A DNA stretch of 64,000 bases from Candidatus Latescibacterota bacterium (GTDB lineage Bacteria; Latescibacterota; UBA2968; UBA8231), in the NCBI GenBank assembly GCA_965204725.1, contig OZ242005.1, positions 4,992,001 to 5,056,000 of the forward strand. Reading direction: 5' to 3'. Made by a program: the position numbers and the translations under genes. Shown in pieces: positions 60,601-64,000 of the stretch. The first letter of the stretch is position 1. Each line of letters opens with the position of its first letter. The notes under the pieces are model-generated. The model worked only from the letters and a program-made list of their open reading frames with translations, was not told the DNA's origin and did no database searches.

Positions 60601-60892
60601 CCCGTTTACCCCCAATGGCGACGGCACCAACGATCAAACCCACATCCGCTTCGCGCTCGGCAACCTCAACGCCGAGCGCACGATATGGGTGCGCGTCTTC
60701 GACTTGGCCGGGCACCCGGTGTGGAGCGGGCGTCGGCAGGGCTTTGGGGAACAGGTCTTTACGTGGGATGGACGCGGCGACGACGGGCGACTGGTGCCGC
60801 CGGGGGCGTACCTTTGCAAGATAGACGCCGATGTAGATGCCGCTTCTGCGTCCCACACTAGCGAGACGCGCCTAATCGGGGTGGCGTACTGA
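57683..60892 (+). CDS. Secreted protein with C-terminal gliding-motility/FlgD-Ig domain (paralog 3)
   Basis: Signal peptide; SPSPRRFLQ, EIWP, PNPFTPNGDGTND, WDGRGDDGRLVPPGAY. Confidence 0.85.
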   Translation: MTSQRIPLRWSLWLLLFLFLNQAEAQEGFELTADGVTINRAAQWEHWTRPKHAIHIDRQTHTLTPRRIGQATDAIRDLDRFQTLIGNQSAYDKLVKELNRADRPIPLNIRPAEATVAGVPIVYLKANKKKNIEVGDPIIWYYYHGGIRHAGTRVETAAAILDGDPTTYWEPSTVVSRAEYDDLAPAAQGPIYFIARGDDSAERRVDEATYNAAARGDRRVEYHSHSLENWTVDIDLGRLVPVAKVVLRFLDPSAGEPFRQVRLLGTASDARGADLSLIDRTIAPVENQTSVEFDLDPDDEGVYQQLHILRIAVTDSKLDKFAVVSEAEFAALPLDEQGGIDYHIVNAAGTETKVARSIYEDVDPQRRGRLIHYRRERPRLAAIEVWTQGDNIALDVIDGGGSVELTGTFGGLPGFDGRYESNFLQFVWSPDPRFEDRGIMTLDLGARFWINYFRMVGDISGVDEMIVRISDGTRDSNGSLKWREMHRQTGGTVESEFEQLEPVRYLTSQIYTSQAGRAGGYNTGDRIREVQLFGEGYPSEVTLTSPMIELPGSVILGRIEWEADLPDSEQVDVQIRTRTGDRLVEVVEYYGNGGDRKTETDYTNLPTSFKGPVVNRLQPGGGWNSWSQRYTRSGQFVTSPSPRRFLQIQARLLSTSPDVAASLRSIAVEFLPPVAHRTVAEIWPNTVEPRARSEFALYIKPTFVEHQPGGPPSRRFDEILLDAAPIEEIAIAEVALGREDDLDRGQPRRLFSAAGAGVLIDAATGDSLQIFPAATGTALRLLLPEKVALQAAEDDTRTYYRVVTEEGEQVPVDGDGRILNELTYLGLPVEEQGDILYFARRGRGAEAVEEFAYRSLPDSLQGEIRYFRRLIGKGGEFPFDREGNALTQAAYNALPRTQQGSIAAVGELVRVRFHASVLLNGTTVDAAIRDSAFPDTYQQVDPGDATLLTPGTALSISVPLSNRVVQGVAIAPNPFTPNGDGTNDQTHIRFALGNLNAERTIWVRVFDLAGHPVWSGRRQGFGEQVFTWDGRGDDGRLVPPGAYLCKIDADVDAASASHTSETRLIGVAY

Positions 60893-60906
60893 GCTTCGCC
60901 CCCTGT

Positions 60907-62862
60907 ATGCCGCCCCCTCCCCTCCCCACTTCGCAGCGGCTCGGCCTCCGCGCCCTCCTCGTCGGCGCGGCCGGTGCTTGGGCCATTGGCGCCGGCGTCC
61001 CGTATTGCAACATGGTGCTGCACGGCTCCCGCATCGCCTCGTACTTCAACACGCCCGCTGCCATCATCCTCTTCTTCCTCCTCGTCTTTGTCGTCAACAC
61101 CCTGCTGGGCCTAACGCGCCGCACTTGGATGTTGAGCCGGGCCGAGCTGGCCCTGATTTACATCATGTGGATCGTCGCCACCGCCATCCCCGAGTGGGGG
61201 CTTACCGCCTTCCTGTTGCCCGATATTACCAGCGTCATCTACTATGCCACGCCCGAAAACAACTGGGCCGAGCTGCTCCATCCGCTCGTCCCCGACTGGC
61301 TCATCCCCCATCGCGACTTCGACCAAATCAAGAACTTCTATGAGGGCGCGCCCCGAGGCACGGGCATCCCTTGGGAATTGTGGCTGCCCCCGCTCGCCTT
61401 TTGGCTGCCCTTCGTGCTGGCCCTCTATCTGGCGATGATTTCCCTGATGGTCGTGCTGCGCAAGCAGTGGATTGAAAACGAGCGCTTGGTGTTTCCGCTG
61501 GTCCAGCTACCGATTGCCATGCTGCAAGAAGACGACGCCCGCCCGGGGGTGCTCAACGCCTTTTTTAAGAATCCGCTGCTGTGGATCGGCTTTGCCATAC
61601 CCGCCATTGTCCAGAGCGCCAACGGGCTGCATCACTACTTTCCGTACTTCCCCCGCGTCAGCCTCGATCACTCGATCCCGCTCTTCCGCGACACCATCCA
61701 CATCCCGCTCCGCCTGAGCTTTCAGATGCTCGGCTTTTCCTACTTCGTCAACCGCGACATCGCCTTTGGATTGTGCTTCTTCTACCTGCTCAACACCGTC
61801 CAACAGGGCATTTTCAACATCTTCGGGGTCCAGAAAATCGACCCCGTGCTCGGCGCGTATAGCACGTACACTGGATCCATCATCGTCCACCAAGGGTTTG
61901 GCGCGGTCATCGCCTTGGTGCTCTTCGGCCTGTGGACGGCCCGCCGCCACCTGCGCGACGTAGTACACAAGGCCATTTTTGCCGCGCCGCACATCGACGA
62001 CTCCAGAGAAATTCTCTCCTACCGCGCCGCGTTGTTGGTGCTGGCTGGCAGCCTCGCCTTTATGGGCGTCTGGTTGTGGCAGTCGGGCCTGCCGGCTTGG
62101 GTCACTCCCATCTATCTCTTTTTCGCCTTTGTGCTCTTCATCGGGATCACCCGCGTCGTTGCCGAAGGGGGGCTGGCCTTCATCTTCGCGCCCATGATCG
62201 CCTCGGACTTTGTTGCGGCCGGCCTCGGCACCCGCACCATCGGCGCGTCGGGCGTCACCGCCCTCGCCTTTACCTATATCTGGGCCAGCGACATCCTGAC
62301 CTTTGTCATGGCCTCCTGCGCCAACGGCCTCAAGCTGGCTGAGGAAACCATAAAAAAGGGGCGTCGCCTCGTGTTCTGGGCCATGCTCCTCGCCATTTTC
62401 GTCGCCCTCGGCAGCTCGATCTGGGCGATCCTCGATTTGGGCTACCGCTACGGTGGGATCAATACCGACCCGTTCTTCTTCGGCAGCGCGGCGCGCTATC
62501 CCTTTGACAATGCGGCCGCCCGCCTGCAAGCCCTCGATGGGCCGCATTGGGAAAACTGGCTCTACACCGCCCTCGGTGCCGGGGTCATGGGGCTTTTGCT
62601 CGCGGCGCGGCAACACCTGTTCTGGTGGCCCTTCCATCCGTTGGGTTTTCCTATCAGCGCGGTTTTCGGCACCATGTTTTTCAGCGTCTTTCTCGCTTGG
62701 CTCTGCAAGGGCCTCGTCCTCCGCTACGGCGGCCCGGGCCTCTACTTGAGAACTCGGCCCTTTTTCATGGGTCTAATCCTCGGCCAGTTCGTCACCGCCG
62801 GCCTCTGGTATGCCATTGACTACTGGGCTGGCGAGAGCGGCAACGCGGTGATGATCTGGTAG
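60907..62862 (+). CDS. DUF6785/DUF6784 family polytopic membrane protein (putative transporter)
   Basis: QWIENERLVFPLVQLP, WWPFHPLGF, RYGG...RPFFMGLILG; many TMs. Confidence 0.82.
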   Translation: MPPPPLPTSQRLGLRALLVGAAGAWAIGAGVPYCNMVLHGSRIASYFNTPAAIILFFLLVFVVNTLLGLTRRTWMLSRAELALIYIMWIVATAIPEWGLTAFLLPDITSVIYYATPENNWAELLHPLVPDWLIPHRDFDQIKNFYEGAPRGTGIPWELWLPPLAFWLPFVLALYLAMISLMVVLRKQWIENERLVFPLVQLPIAMLQEDDARPGVLNAFFKNPLLWIGFAIPAIVQSANGLHHYFPYFPRVSLDHSIPLFRDTIHIPLRLSFQMLGFSYFVNRDIAFGLCFFYLLNTVQQGIFNIFGVQKIDPVLGAYSTYTGSIIVHQGFGAVIALVLFGLWTARRHLRDVVHKAIFAAPHIDDSREILSYRAALLVLAGSLAFMGVWLWQSGLPAWVTPIYLFFAFVLFIGITRVVAEGGLAFIFAPMIASDFVAAGLGTRTIGASGVTALAFTYIWASDILTFVMASCANGLKLAEETIKKGRRLVFWAMLLAIFVALGSSIWAILDLGYRYGGINTDPFFFGSAARYPFDNAAARLQALDGPHWENWLYTALGAGVMGLLLAARQHLFWWPFHPLGFPISAVFGTMFFSVFLAWLCKGLVLRYGGPGLYLRTRPFFMGLILGQFVTAGLWYAIDYWAGESGNAVMIW

Positions 62863-62938
62863 CGGCTGCTGTTGACTTGCGTAGAGTGGTCTTGGACATT
62901 CTACCGAACCGAGACCAGCCCCAAAGAAAGGAACGAAC

Positions 62939-63451
62939 ATGGGAGCAACGCACGTCACCGTCACGATTCGCAATCCGGCCGCACCGGACCGCACTTGGGA
63001 AGGGCTTTTTCTGGTGGATACCGGCGCGACCGATTGTCTCGTCCCTCGGCCGCATCTCGAAGCCATTGGTCTCGAGCCGCAAGGCCAGCGGACGTACGAA
63101 TTGGCCGATGGCACGGAACTCAAGCTCGACATCGCGGTCGGACAAATCGAATTCATGGGAGAATTTGTCGGCGGCACGATAATCTTCGGCAACGCCGGGG
63201 CCGAGCCGCTGCTCGGCCTCACGGCCTTAGAATCGGTCGGCATTGAAGTCGATCCGAGCAACCAGCGGCTGCAAAGGCTCCCCGCTGTTCGTCTCAAACC
63301 GTTAGAAGCGGCTGAAAACTCAGGTTGTCGTCCCTTGCGTCTAAACGATACTAGGCTGGATTCCCGCTTTCGCGGGAATGACGGAGGCCGTCTCTACGGC
63401 TTGTTCAACACGCCCCCAAGTGGGTTTTCAGACCGCTTCTTGAGTCCGTAA
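62939..63451 (+). CDS. Clan AA (retropepsin-like) aspartic protease; C-terminus extended by read-through into a MITE
   Basis: LVDTGAT, ELADG, LLGLTALE; recognisable domain ends at RLPAVRLK (about 63298). Confidence 0.85.
   Translation: MGATHVTVTIRNPAAPDRTWEGLFLVDTGATDCLVPRPHLEAIGLEPQGQRTYELADGTELKLDIAVGQIEFMGEFVGGTIIFGNAGAEPLLGLTALESVGIEVDPSNQRLQRLPAVRLKPLEAAENSGCRPLRLNDTRLDSRFRGNDGGRLYGLFNTPPSGFSDRFLSP
63304..63440. mobile_element. MITE with IS5-like terminal inverted repeats
   Basis: AGAAGCGG-CTGAAAACTC ... GGGTTTTCAGACCGCTTCT; resembles the IS5 end AGAGGCTGTCTGAAAACTC at 17755. Confidence 0.7.
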
Positions 63452-63456
63452 TTCCG

Positions 63457-64000
63457 ATGAACTCCGACCCACTCCGACCCCTGCTCGCCCCCCTAGCCGC
63501 CCTCCGTCGCCGCGCCCTCGCCCTCGCGCTCGGCTCCGGGATCGCCCTCGCCCTCGCCATCGGGCTGGGCCTCGGCCTGCTGTGGGTGTTGCTCGAAGCC
63601 CTGTTCTTCCTGTCGCCGCCTTGGCGCGTGGGCTTGGGTCTGTTGGCCCTGTTGAGTACCGGGGTGCTGCTGGCGGTTGACCTCAAGCGGCGCTTGCCCG
63701 TTCTCCTCTCGCTGCACCGCTTTGCCCTCTTCGTCGAAAGGCATTGCCCCCCGCTCCAGCAGCGGCTAATCAGCGCCCTAGAGCTATCCGATACCGATCC
63801 GGCCCTGCACTCCCCGGCCCTGCTTGCGGCCGCGCGGGAACGAGCCGCCGCGCTTTTGCGCGCTGCCCATTCGTCCCAAATCCTCGATTATCGACCGCTC
63901 TACCGCCACCTGCGCCTGCTCGGAGGGGTAGCTGGCGTCGTGCTCCTGTGCGGCGCGCTGTGGGGCGATGGCCTCGCGGCCGCGGCCCAGCGCTGCGCCC
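63457..64000 (+). CDS. Membrane protein, DUF4175-like N-terminus (runs off the window)
   Basis: Open frame to the window end; two TMs, then VERHCPPLQQRLISALEL. Confidence 0.6.
   Translation, partial: MNSDPLRPLLAPLAALRRRALALALGSGIALALAIGLGLGLLWVLLEALFFLSPPWRVGLGLLALLSTGVLLAVDLKRRLPVLLSLHRFALFVERHCPPLQQRLISALELSDTDPALHSPALLAAARERAAALLRAAHSSQILDYRPLYRHLRLLGGVAGVVLLCGALWGDGLAAAAQRCA

Overview
GC-rich bacterial chromosomal segment. The gene content (FlgD-Ig/gliding-motility-CTD secreted proteins, a CRTAC1/FG-GAP protein, many TPR proteins, PhyH dioxygenases, DUF6785, a 'TWGxIK'-tailed protein) suggests Latescibacterota or a similar lineage, possibly a sponge symbiont; this is inference. From left to right: a sugar-oxidoreductase/cyclase/SPFH cluster, an MlrC peptidase, a complete Hen1-Pnkp RNA-repair operon, nfuA, a hybrid two-component system, several small AT-richer cassettes, an IS5, a nested cluster of IS remnants, and a decayed defence island (26.4-34.3 kb: Cas2/SinR-like plus 2TM pair, truncated MmeI-type RM gene, DUF262 plus truncated ATPase of Menshen type, IS630, truncated type ISP/IIG RM gene). 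A large cell-surface locus follows (three paralogous FlgD-CTD proteins, SurA/PpiC chaperones, two GT-C-TPR glycosyltransferases, a probable outer-membrane protein). It is interrupted by an RM operon whose methyltransferase has an antitoxin-like C-terminal tail directly coupled to a PIN toxin. Window-wide, CCWGG looks strongly depleted. No rRNA, tRNA or CRISPR array was seen. All family assignments come from motifs recognised by eye, not from database searches.
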